Shown in pieces: positions 1-7,146 of a DNA stretch of 32,960 nt. The stretch comes from a virus. Numbering within the stretch: position 1 is the stretch's first letter; every line of letters begins with the position of its first letter. The position numbers and the translations under genes were made by a program. The notes under the pieces are model-generated. The model searched no databases. It worked only from the letters and a program-made list of their open reading frames with translations, and was not told where the DNA came from. Location: the IMG/VR virus record IMGVR_UViG_3300045988_088052. One strand, given 5' to 3'.

Positions 1-141
1 CGCCGGAGCCATGGGTAACAGCCATCGTATAGCTGGTGATAGGGATATCTCTTGTTACCCTGCGCCCAATCTCCAGTTTGAGGAATGCTATGTCCTCGGC
101 GTAGTAGTCCTCCATGTCCAGCTTGCACATGATATCGCCCA
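1..141. repeat. Terminal direct repeat, left copy (identical to 32820..32960)
   Basis: By-eye comparison shows bases 1..141 (cgccggagccatgggtaacagcc...gatatcgccca) recur identically at 32820..32960. Confidence 0.95.
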
Positions 142-475
142 TAATGTCTTGGTCGGTGTCCCTGGCTGTCCTCGCTTCGTGGTTACCGGATACCGCGCAG
201 AGTATCTTATCCTTGATGGGCGTTAGCATTTCCACCATCATCTTTTTCTGCTCCCGCGGGCGAATATAATCCTCAAAGGGGCTTCCCACCGCGTTCCTGG
301 TATTGTTGTTGATGAGATCGCCGCCAAGGATGAGATAAGCATCCTCCCGCTCTACCCGGCGGCAGAATGCTTGCCAGCCCTCTTTATCATGTAGGATGCT
401 GCCCAAATGCACATCAGATACCGGATATACCTTGATGGTGTCGTTCTGCGGGATTTTGCGGACTATTAAATCCAG
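1..475 (-). CDS. Calcineurin-like metallophosphoesterase, N-terminal part (gene wraps the window ends; about 263 aa in total)
   Basis: The minus-strand translation reads PLDLIVRKIPQNDTIKVYPVSDVHLGS...AYLILGGDLINN...AVSGNHE. It is in frame with ORF 32503..32949 (475-130 = 345 nt). An AAGGAGGGG RBS lies at 490..482, but no ATG, GTG or TTG follows in frame. CTG at 475..473 is the only plausible start. Confidence 0.75.
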   Translation of the reverse strand, partial: MDLIVRKIPQNDTIKVYPVSDVHLGSILHDKEGWQAFCRRVEREDAYLILGGDLINNNTRNAVGSPFEDYIRPREQKKMMVEMLTPIKDKILCAVSGNHEARTARDTDQDIMGDIMCKLDMEDYYAEDIAFLKLEIGRRVTRDIPITSYTMAVTHGSG

Positions 476-666
476 AGGTATCCCCTCCTTTATGGCATAA
501 AGAAAGAGAGCGCCTTTCGGTACTCTCTGATTGCTTTTTTGTAAGGCAGACTATTGCGAACTTGCGGCCTGCCAGCGCGGCACCTTTTTTACGAAGGTCA
601 TGTATCTTCGGCCGATGGGATAACGGGGCATCGGCGGCCCCGTAAAAAGGAAATAAAACATGAAGG

Positions 667-741
667 TGGAGCACCCGATAGGGCTTGAACCTATAACTCG
701 CTGCTTACAAGGCAGCCGCTCTACCATTGAGCTACGGGAGC
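667..741 (-). tRNA. tRNA-Thr (anticodon UGU) with encoded CCA
   Basis: The reverse complement folds by hand into a cloverleaf: GCTCCCG TA GCTC AATGGTA GAGC G GCTGC CTTGTAA GCAGC GAGTT ATAGG TTCAAGC CCTAT CGGGTGC T CCA. The D, anticodon and T stems pair perfectly. The acceptor stem has one U:U mismatch at 3:70. Confidence 0.8.
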
Positions 742-862
742 AGATCGCCGGGATTAGGGGCCCGGCTCCCCACCAGGAGGAATGTCAAGGGAAGTCTGTG
801 TTTTACCACACTATCAGTATACACTGTATATGCATCTTATTTCTGCAATGTTTCTGCAAACT

Positions 863-1303
863 TTACAGTTCGGTCAACCCATACCGGCAAAGGGCATATC
901 TCCGGATGGCTTCGTCCTTATCGTAGTAGATTTGCCGCTCGCTCTCGTTAAACTCCTGGCAAAGCCGCTGTATGTAGCCGTATTCCCGGCGGATGTAGAA
1001 CAACTCAAGGATGCGCCGCTGCTTTCCCGTCAGGCAGGCCAGTCCTTTCTCCACTTGTGAAGTCTGCCACTTGACTACCGCAAGGTTTGCCGAGAGCGCA
1101 TCCCGGCGGGAGATTGCGTTAATCAAATGATCTTCCCGGCCGCAGCCACCACCCTTTACTGGTGTAGCATCGCTGGTAGCGGACCGAATGCCGTCCATCT
1201 GCTCATTGTAGCGGCGGATTTCTTCCGGCAGACTTTCCAACGACCGGAGCTTATAGCTATGGCATTTCAGCTCGTCAATGCAGATGCGCTTGTAGTCAAT
1301 CAT
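863..1303 (-). CDS. Sigma-70 region-4-like / ArpU-RinA-type late transcriptional regulator
   Basis: The C-terminal LTGKQRRILELFYIRREYGYIQRLCQEFNESERQIYYDKDEAIRRY resembles a sigma region-4 HTH. The gene is the last in the early operon, just before the packaging genes. The ATG at 1303 overlaps the upstream stop (ATGA). Confidence 0.6.
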   Translation of the reverse strand: MIDYKRICIDELKCHSYKLRSLESLPEEIRRYNEQMDGIRSATSDATPVKGGGCGREDHLINAISRRDALSANLAVVKWQTSQVEKGLACLTGKQRRILELFYIRREYGYIQRLCQEFNESERQIYYDKDEAIRRYALCRYGLTEL

Positions 1304-1563
1304 ATTTCTCCCTCCTCCGGCGGTTCCTTTTCCGCCCGCCTTTCTCCATAGCTGCAGAAATCGTCCTCGTGCATCTGCGCACAAAGTATATTCGGCTTCC
1401 CCGGCGTGCCATCTCTGTACTTGCAGTCCTTACATCTGACCACCGGCACTGCATCCGCAGTGGGGACGCTATCAACCAAATCAAGGATTGTATCCTCGTC
1501 AACGGAAGATAGGGATGCGTCCATAAGGGCCAGAATGAATTTATCAGCATCAATTAACCGCAT
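1300..1563 (-). CDS. Hypothetical small Cys-containing protein (MRLIDADKF...)
   Basis: ATG at 1563 follows a GGAGGTGACAACG RBS. The protein contains CKDCKY and is translationally coupled to its neighbours. Confidence 0.6.
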   Translation of the reverse strand: MRLIDADKFILALMDASLSSVDEDTILDLVDSVPTADAVPVVRCKDCKYRDGTPGKPNILCAQMHEDDFCSYGERRAEKEPPEEGEI

Positions 1564-1711
1564 CGTTGTCACCTCCGTCCTTTTTATATGGAGAACAAAA
1601 CATCCTATCAACCCAAGACACTTTTCCGCTTCCGCCAGTAGCGCATTTTTTCGACTGGCAAGTTCTGTTCTCTTTGTGGTAATAGATGCAGTCCTTACAT
1701 GGATTTCGCAT
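1550..1711 (-). CDS. Hypothetical zinc-ribbon-like protein (53 aa)
   Basis: ATG at 1711 sits in the same 22-bp RBS context as 1563. Motifs CKDC...CQSKKC are present. Confidence 0.5.
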   Translation of the reverse strand: MRNPCKDCIYYHKENRTCQSKKCATGGSGKVSWVDRMFCSPYKKDGGDNDAVN

Positions 1712-2036
1712 CGTTGTCACCTCCGTCCATCTTTGCACCGCAGTTGGGACAATAGCTATACGAACGATCAACAGACGGGTCAAGTGTCCACCAATTACAA
1801 ATCGAGCACCTTAATTGACCATAAGTGTTGATAGTTGGAAGATCGTATTCCCACCGCCCATGCACCACCGGGGCCACATCAGCGGGCTGGAAACAATCTA
1901 CCTCATCGAGCATATCGTCAACCCAACAGGCACGACACCAGCATCCGTTGTGGTCTTTTCCCTCCGCCTTGCACGGCTTACAATAACGCTCCTCAACGCT
2001 TTTCTTAAACGCTTCCCAGTCCAAGTATTCAGCCAT
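1695..2036 (-). CDS. Hypothetical Cys-rich protein (113 aa)
   Basis: ATG at 2036 follows a GGAGGG RBS. Several CxxC pairs are present (CKPC, CRAC, CSIC, CPNC). Confidence 0.6.
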   Translation of the reverse strand: MAEYLDWEAFKKSVEERYCKPCKAEGKDHNGCWCRACWVDDMLDEVDCFQPADVAPVVHGRWEYDLPTINTYGQLRCSICNWWTLDPSVDRSYSYCPNCGAKMDGGDNDAKSM

Positions 2037-2220
2037 TGTCAGCCCTCCTGTTCCAAAGCCAAGCCATATATTGACGGTATCCACTCTTATCAAAATATTT
2101 TCGGAAAACACCGCCAGCAGATGGAATTGTCGCTTCGCACCGCGAGCACTGAGGTGCTTTGTTCTTTTCATCCCATTTTGCTTCACCGCCACAGAACGGG
2201 CAGGACTTCAATTCAGTCAT
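2029..2220 (-). CDS. Lar-family restriction-alleviation-like protein
   Basis: MTELKSCPFCGGEAKW...CSRCEA...AWLWNRR matches the Lar-family pattern (N-terminal CPFCGG and C-terminal WNxR) recalled from memory. Confidence 0.6.
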   Translation of the reverse strand: MTELKSCPFCGGEAKWDEKNKAPQCSRCEATIPSAGGVFRKYFDKSGYRQYMAWLWNRRADNG

Positions 2221-2617
2221 CCTTCATCGCCTCCAATGCTTTCTCCGCCTCCTCGCGGGTGAGGAATACGGTCTTACCAATGCTTGTTCCATCGTTACGC
2301 AAACGGTACGCACAATACCCATCAGGCCCACGATTACAAGTTGACATACATAAATTGTCCTCGTCCGTGCACACCGTTCTGATGTCCGGCGGTTCAAGCT
2401 CCATTTCTCGTGGCACATTGTCTCGTCCAGTTACCCATAGTTTTTCGCCCACCCTGCACGGCATCACCACCAAGCGTCCCTCCTTGTCTGCCTCGGCCAG
2501 CTCCCGCAGGCGGGTATAACTGCAAAGGCTTTCCAAATCAGCAAGGCGCATCAGCTTCAGCGCGATCTCGTCTGCGCTCTCATCCACTCTGACCTCTTCA
2601 TTCGTTAGTCGTTCCAT
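2213..2617 (-). CDS. Hypothetical protein (134 aa)
   Basis: ATG at 2617 overlaps the upstream stop (TGATG). Coding is continuous. No family recognised. Confidence 0.55.
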   Translation of the reverse strand: MERLTNEEVRVDESADEIALKLMRLADLESLCSYTRLRELAEADKEGRLVVMPCRVGEKLWVTGRDNVPREMELEPPDIRTVCTDEDNLCMSTCNRGPDGYCAYRLRNDGTSIGKTVFLTREEAEKALEAMKDD

Positions 2618-2793
2618 CACTCTACCTCCCTTTTTCGCTTCACTCTGTAGCATAGTTTTCCGCACCGTTCACAGACTGCGTAATTTGTGTGGTACTTCCC
2701 GCCGTGCCGGTCGCTTCTGCGGCGAGATACCTTAACATACGCATACTTGTTCAGCTTGTGCATACCAATGCGGCAAAGAAAAGGTTTTTTCAT
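2617..2793 (-). CDS. Hypothetical small basic zinc-ribbon protein (58 aa; below the ORF-track cut-off)
   Basis: Hand translation gives MKKPFLCRIGMHKLNKYAYVKVSRRRSDRHGGKYHTNYAVCERCGKLCYRVKRKREVE. A TAAAGGAGGTGG RBS lies upstream of the ATG at 2793. The stop overlaps the next start. Confidence 0.55.
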   Translation of the reverse strand: MKKPFLCRIGMHKLNKYAYVKVSRRRSDRHGGKYHTNYAVCERCGKLCYRVKRKREVE

Positions 2794-2806
2794 AATTCCA
2801 CCTCCT

Positions 2807-3115
2807 TTATCCAGCGTCCCGCAGCCTAAAAAAGACTGTAATGCTCAAGTCAAAACCGTCATTAACGATCTCACGTTCACCGCTTTCTCTCCATTGTGCG
2901 CCTTTGTTATAAGACTGTTCGATCATTTTTGAAACAATATTGTCAGTAATTGCGGAAGCTAATTCAACGGTTACGCCCTGATGCTTAAAGAATTTAAATT
3001 TATATCCAAACTTGTCCGGCAGATGATTGTAAAAAACATCAATCTTATCATCTATCCTTAATCGCAATTGCGTTGGGACAACACTCCGGTCTGGGGGATA
3101 AAAATCAATATTCAT
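2807..3115 (-). CDS. Hypothetical protein (102 aa)
   Basis: ORF with ATG at 3115, overlapping the end of the upstream gene. No recognisable motif. Confidence 0.55.
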   Translation of the reverse strand: MNIDFYPPDRSVVPTQLRLRIDDKIDVFYNHLPDKFGYKFKFFKHQGVTVELASAITDNIVSKMIEQSYNKGAQWRESGEREIVNDGFDLSITVFFRLRDAG

Positions 3116-3494
3116 TGTCGCCCTCCTGTTCCAGCTTAATCTCTCCGTCGCTCTCTGCAGATACCATATCGCTCAGGTACTTAATATCCTGTTCGTCAAG
3201 CCCTAATATGTCACGCTCCCCATCGCTGTTGATGCCTTCCTTTAACAACACGATATCCCCTAAAATCCAATTTCCATGATAGTTCGTCCCGTAAAGGAAA
3301 CTGCCGAAGATGTTCCTCGGGAGGTTAATAAGCGCCCCTTCTTCGTTGACTATCATGCAGTACGGGCGCTTCAAGCGCACAGGGCGGACGACCTCAATCC
3401 ACCCTCCCACGGCCTCGCCGATGCTCTTGTGTGCAGGCTCGGAAAACTCCTGCACCCGCATCTCGTCCTTTGTTGTGATTACTATTCCTTTCAC
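3105..3494 (-). CDS. DUF3846-like protein
   Basis: The pattern ...IGEAVGGWIEVV...MIVNEEGALINLPRN... matches the DUF3846 signature as I recall it. The likely start is GTG at 3494, 7 nt after GGAGG. The ORF-track ATG at 3512 would overlap that RBS. Confidence 0.65.
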   Translation of the reverse strand: MKGIVITTKDEMRVQEFSEPAHKSIGEAVGGWIEVVRPVRLKRPYCMIVNEEGALINLPRNIFGSFLYGTNYHGNWILGDIVLLKEGINSDGERDILGLDEQDIKYLSDMVSAESDGEIKLEQEGDNEY

Positions 3495-3505
3495 TTTTCT
3501 ACCTC

Positions 3506-3700
3506 CTAACATCCAGTCCCAACGCCATAATCGGGATTATTGGCAATCTTTGCAGTTTCGTCTGCGGTCAGCGTATGGTTGCTTGCAGTATATGTAACAG
3601 GCCCTTTGCACCTGTTCTGACACGCCAAGCACTCACAACGGTTACAGTTACTTGTTGTATTCTGACGGAACGGGCAAAGATGATTGAAACAGTCCATCAT
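3506..3700 (-). CDS. Hypothetical Cys-rich protein (64 aa)
   Basis: Sequence begins MMDCFNHLCPF...CNRCECLACQNRC. The ATG overlaps the upstream stop (ATGA). Confidence 0.55.
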   Translation of the reverse strand: MMDCFNHLCPFRQNTTSNCNRCECLACQNRCKGPVTYTASNHTLTADETAKIANNPDYGVGTGC

Positions 3701-3831
3701 TCTATCTCCTCTTTCATTTTTTCATACAATTCGCTAAACCGTTTGCTCCACTTCCTTAGCCCGAAGAAAAAGCACGCGCCTAACACAATCCACAGCCCGC
3801 TGGCGATGTTTAGTAATAGATTATCCATCAT
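3697..3831 (-). CDS. Hypothetical small membrane protein (44 aa; below the ORF-track cut-off)
   Basis: Hand translation gives MMDNLLLNIASGLWIVLGACFFFGLRKWSKRFSELYEKMKEEIE. There is one hydrophobic helix. ATGA overlaps occur at both ends. Confidence 0.5.
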   Translation of the reverse strand: MMDNLLLNIASGLWIVLGACFFFGLRKWSKRFSELYEKMKEEIE

Positions 3832-4190
3832 TCTACCTCCTGCATCCAAAACTCTCGACAACAATCTACGCACCTTATTCGAGGTTCTTTACACTCGCCG
3901 TCACCATCTCTGTGCGCCGCAGAAATATACCGCGGACAAATCTGCAGCACCCCGAACTTGTCAGCGAGTGCCTCCGGATTTCGCTCCAGAAACACACTCT
4001 GCCGCGTCTTGCGCGGGTGTGCAGCAGACCACTCCTCAACGATCTTGACGGCTCTTTCGGGGTTTTCAAACATCCACAGATAGCATTCGCTCATCACCGG
4101 TTTTTCTTCATCCACGCGGCATCCTTCGCAATCCGGCGAAAACGAATTACACATTCTTGCTCTTTCCTGCAAAAACTTCACAGCGTCCAT
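3828..4190 (-). CDS. Hypothetical Cys-rich protein (about 120 aa)
   Basis: ATG at 4190 lies 7 nt after GGAGGG. An alternative ATG is at 4211. No family recognised. Confidence 0.55.
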   Translation of the reverse strand: MDAVKFLQERARMCNSFSPDCEGCRVDEEKPVMSECYLWMFENPERAVKIVEEWSAAHPRKTRQSVFLERNPEALADKFGVLQICPRYISAAHRDGDGECKEPRIRCVDCCREFWMQEVE

Positions 4191-4380
4191 CACATATCCC
4201 TCCATTTGCACCCGTCACACGCGCCCTCGTGTGCTTGTTTGTACTTCCCGCAGTATATTGGCATAGCTCGTTTTCCTCGTACCGGCACACGCCTGGATGG
4301 TTTACTACGGGGCAAAAATCTGCAACCGCCGGGCAATCGCCGTTTACACAGACTTCATCTTTCATCCATTTACACATCAT
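4147..4380 (-). CDS. Hypothetical Cys-rich protein (77 aa)
   Basis: Sequence begins MMCKWMKDEVCVNGDCPAVADFCPVVNHPGVCRY. The 3' end overlaps the next gene by about 44 nt, so the true extent is uncertain. Confidence 0.4.
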   Translation of the reverse strand: MMCKWMKDEVCVNGDCPAVADFCPVVNHPGVCRYEENELCQYTAGSTNKHTRARVTGANGGICDGRCEVFAGKSKNV

Positions 4381-4538
4381 TCTACCTCCTTAGCCATCAG
4401 CAAATCCCTGTAGTCCAGCAGCAGCGCCCATATCTGCTCCGCATCGTCATAGTCGAGGGTGACTGCCCCCTCTGCGTCAACCAACGCAGCCAGCCTTTCT
4501 ATGTCCCGGATTGTTTCGTAGTAGTCCTTTACGGTCAT
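4377..4538 (-). CDS. Hypothetical small acidic protein (53 aa)
   Basis: ATG at 4538 follows a GGAGGGTGA RBS. Sequence begins MTVKDYYETIRDIERLAALVD. Confidence 0.5.
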   Translation of the reverse strand: MTVKDYYETIRDIERLAALVDAEGAVTLDYDDAEQIWALLLDYRDLLMAKEVE

Positions 4539-4542
4539 TGGC

Positions 4543-4755
4543 TCACCCTCCAAAATTCTCAAGATAATATTGCTTGCAGTCCTGCCAACCCTTGTAATAG
4601 GCTGCCTGCTCCCGGCGTTCCTGTTCCTCCGCGGTGATCTCCGCCTGGGCCACTTCATCCAACTGATTCCACCTTTCGGCCGAAATAGCCGATAGAACCA
4701 TTATGCAGAAAGCAGCTAAGATTATCGTAACTACCGCTGCCGTCCAGTTCCTCAT
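4543..4755 (-). CDS. Hypothetical membrane-anchored protein (70 aa)
   Basis: An N-terminal hydrophobic helix (AAVVTIILAAFCIMVLSAI) is followed by a charged tail. Confidence 0.55.
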   Translation of the reverse strand: MRNWTAAVVTIILAAFCIMVLSAISAERWNQLDEVAQAEITAEEQERREQAAYYKGWQDCKQYYLENFGG

Positions 4756-5396
4756 AGCGAATCCCTCCTAAATCCGAAGAATGTCTTTATTTGCGGCAGG
4801 GTCTCCAGCCTGTGGCCATCTACCGTTATCAGCGCTGCGTAGCCCCGGCCTATCCAGCCATTGTGCCAAATCTCCCGTGCCTCGTAGTAGTCCACACTCT
4901 CCCGGCGCTCTGTTGTTTTGCCGCAAACCCTTATCTCGATGTCGATTTTCCCATCCCGGCGCTTTATCCAATTCTTGGGGCGCTTATACTTACCGGATGC
5001 CGCCGCATCCTTGTAGCATTGCTTTGAGCAGTACTTTTGTCCCGGCTGGCCGAAATAGTCCTTCCCGCAGTATTCGCATTTCTTCGGCTCGGCTTTTTTC
5101 ATACTGCTTTTGCGGGCCCGGATGCTGTCCATGGCCTTTTGGCAGTCTTTGCAATACAGCTGCCGGGTGTTGGTGCTGCCTATCGGCCCTCCGCATCTCT
5201 TGCAGGGCCGGTTGGGGTCTCTCTTGATTCCATAGCGAGACAAGATTGGGGCCACAGAGCCGTAATCAAGATCGAGAATTAAGGCAATCTCCCTGTTTGT
5301 CTTGCCCTCCCGCACCAGCTGCTCCAGGAGCTCCGGGTCGTTTGAATTAGAACAGCCGATTTTGGCGTTAGGAAAGTCTTTATCGTATGACATCAT
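4752..5396 (-). CDS. HTH plus double zinc-ribbon protein (putative DNA-binding, 214 aa)
   Basis: An HTH-like segment (GKTNREIALILDLDYGSVAPILSRYG) is followed by CKRCGG...CKDC and CEYCGK...CSKQC. Confidence 0.55.
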   Translation of the reverse strand: MMSYDKDFPNAKIGCSNSNDPELLEQLVREGKTNREIALILDLDYGSVAPILSRYGIKRDPNRPCKRCGGPIGSTNTRQLYCKDCQKAMDSIRARKSSMKKAEPKKCEYCGKDYFGQPGQKYCSKQCYKDAAASGKYKRPKNWIKRRDGKIDIEIRVCGKTTERRESVDYYEAREIWHNGWIGRGYAALITVDGHRLETLPQIKTFFGFRRDSL

Positions 5397-5541
5397 AACT
5401 CACCACCTTTTCCTGCTCGGCCGTCTCTGCGCGCCTTTTTATGGCTTTGGTGACAGCGTTCCATCGCTTGATAGATTCCTCGGCACTTTGTCCCTCAAAA
5501 AGCGGATTCTCCCGCTCTATTTCCGTTCCGTGTTTACCCAT
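5380..5541 (-). CDS. Hypothetical small protein (53 aa; below the ORF-track cut-off)
   Basis: Hand translation begins MGKHGTEIERENPLFEGQSAEESIKRWNAVTKAIKRRAETAEQEKVV. A GAGGAGG RBS lies 8 nt upstream. The ORF fills the gap between rusA and the next gene. Confidence 0.45.
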   Translation of the reverse strand: MGKHGTEIERENPLFEGQSAEESIKRWNAVTKAIKRRAETAEQEKVVSYDVIR

Positions 5542-5882
5542 TGTGTTACCTCCTCTATGTCAATTTCTGTTCTTGGGTTTTTGGGGTCATATGCCCCACG
5601 CAGCCGCAGCTCGACATGGTCAAAGCTATCATCTGCGATTACTCCCCGGTGTACCAGCCCGTCCATCAGCATCTTGCCGTTGTAGTTGTCCGGGTCATGC
5701 CGGTGCCTGGTTGGAAAGTAGTAGGTGATAGTCACCACCGCCTTGCCCATTGGTTTGCACTTGGGGCAGTATGCAACAAACAGCTGCAGCCAGCGCTGCT
5801 TTTCTGCCCGGTAGTCCCAGGCGTTCGCCCGTCCGGCGTACTTGTTCAGAGATGGCGGGATTTCGGGGATCGTTATTTTCAC
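5517..5882 (-). CDS. rusA: RusA-family Holliday-junction resolvase
   Basis: IPPSLNKY...HRHDPDNYNGKMLMDGLV...ADDS is the RusA pattern. GTG start follows GGAGG. Confidence 0.8.
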   Translation of the reverse strand: MKITIPEIPPSLNKYAGRANAWDYRAEKQRWLQLFVAYCPKCKPMGKAVVTITYYFPTRHRHDPDNYNGKMLMDGLVHRGVIADDSFDHVELRLRGAYDPKNPRTEIDIEEVTQWVNTERK

Positions 5883-6460
5883 GCATTTTCCTCCATCATC
5901 CGCTCCGCCAGCGCTATGTCATAGCTGGGCAGCTGCTTTACCTCGGCCATACCGGCCAGCTTTGCCCGGATATCCGCAGGCAGGGCTTGCATTTTTCGCT
6001 CGCTCTCCTGCCTTGCCCGGTAGCTGCGCATAAAGTTGGACTGCACCACGCTCTGCACTGTCCCGGTGTCCATGCTGGCCCATTCCCGCAGCTGGGATGG
6101 GTGTCCTACCAATCGTTGTAGGTTCTCCGGCAGGGCTGCAAACTCTTTCTCGCTGTTGTAGCCGCTGTTCCGCAGGGCCTTTGCAATCAGCGCCCATGCT
6201 TCCCCCTCGGAGAGTTCCGCCGGGCGGCTGATCTCCCCGATGCTGGCGATAATAGCCCCAATATGCGGGGGGAAACCCTTGCGGTCGCTGGCAATGTGGG
6301 ACTTAACCGCCGCTGCCACAAGGTTAGCCGGGTAGTCTGCCAGCATCTCCGACCACAGGTTCACCACCGCTTCCGCATCCTGCCGCTTCATGTCCCTGTA
6401 GTAGCCGGGGTATGCGGCCTTGAGGATGGACATAACAGCCAATGTTTCAGTACGGTTCAT
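5879..6460 (-). CDS. G39P-like replicative helicase loader/inhibitor
   Basis: MNRTETLAVMSILKAAYPGYY...VNLWSEMLADYP...FPPHIGAII resembles the SPP1 G39P N-terminal family. ATG at 6460 follows AGGAGGAGGG. Confidence 0.55.
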   Translation of the reverse strand: MNRTETLAVMSILKAAYPGYYRDMKRQDAEAVVNLWSEMLADYPANLVAAAVKSHIASDRKGFPPHIGAIIASIGEISRPAELSEGEAWALIAKALRNSGYNSEKEFAALPENLQRLVGHPSQLREWASMDTGTVQSVVQSNFMRSYRARQESERKMQALPADIRAKLAGMAEVKQLPSYDIALAERMMEENA

Positions 6461-7106
6461 GTTGTCCCTCCTCCTGCAGCATCTGCAAAAATACATTGTC
6501 GGTCCCACCAGCAGACTTGTCGGCTTTCAACGGGTAAACATCCTGCCAGCAGCGCTTAACGCTCTGATCGAGAATAAGTCCCTTGGTGTGGTTGTCCCCC
6601 GGTGCCAGCCGTTCCAGCTCATTCAGGATCATCTTTGCGGCACGATCAGTGAGGGGCTTTTTGATTTTCTTGCGCATCTCACAAAAGCCGTTCCAGTTCT
6701 CCATCAAGGCTTCCGGGACATCCACACGCCCCCTTGGGGGGGTAGGGGGGGTATTATTCCCGGAGGGAATATTTTCTTTGTCTTTGTCTTTGTCATTGTC
6801 TTTGTCTTGGCTTTTCTGGGTTTTTGAAAAACCCGCTGGGTTTTTTGGGTTACATTGGGTTTTCTTCGGCCTACCGCCCTTGGAACCGTTTTCCCTGCTT
6901 GTTTTGGCTCTTCCTTCGCATTCAGCAGCCATCCGGTCTATTTGCAACTTTGCTACCGGCCATATAAAACGCTCGTTTCCCCGGAAATCGGGGGCTGCGC
7001 CCGTCTCTGCATATTTCAGCATAGCCGTGAACAGCCGCCCTCTCTCCGCATCTCCGAGTTCCTCCATGGCATCTGCAAAGTCTGTAAAGACTTTAAGGTA
7101 CTTCAT
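6447..7106 (-). CDS. Replisome-organiser / DnaD-domain-like replication protein
   Basis: The N-terminus (FADAMEELGDAERGRLFTAMLKYAETG) is joined to a C-terminal WNGFCEMRKKIKKPLTDRAAKMILNELERL domain by a low-complexity DKDNDKDKDK/PPTPP linker. Confidence 0.55.
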   Translation of the reverse strand: MKYLKVFTDFADAMEELGDAERGRLFTAMLKYAETGAAPDFRGNERFIWPVAKLQIDRMAAECEGRAKTSRENGSKGGRPKKTQCNPKNPAGFSKTQKSQDKDNDKDKDKENIPSGNNTPPTPPRGRVDVPEALMENWNGFCEMRKKIKKPLTDRAAKMILNELERLAPGDNHTKGLILDQSVKRCWQDVYPLKADKSAGGTDNVFLQMLQEEGQHEPY

Positions 7107-7146
7107 GGGTTGTCCTCCTGTCGCTTTTTACTGGGAAGCGTAACCC

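Noticed and set aside
1-141. The 141-bp end repeat as a biological direct terminal repeat or LTR
   Set aside because: It falls in the middle of a coding sequence and has the length of a typical assembly k-mer. The HNH plus P27 TerS plus HK97 module predicts cos ends elsewhere.
414-926. ORFs 414..674(-), 660..926(+), 727..951(+) and 782..1060(+)
   Set aside because: They overlap the tRNA, the structured leader or the antisense of the late regulator, and they lack an RBS.
6729-6810. C5/G7/G7 tracts and a (TCTTTG)x6 microsatellite as a regulatory or phase-variable element
   Set aside because: They lie in frame inside the DnaD-like gene and encode a PPTPP / DKDNDKDKDK low-complexity linker. Slippage is possible, but there is no frame break or other evidence.
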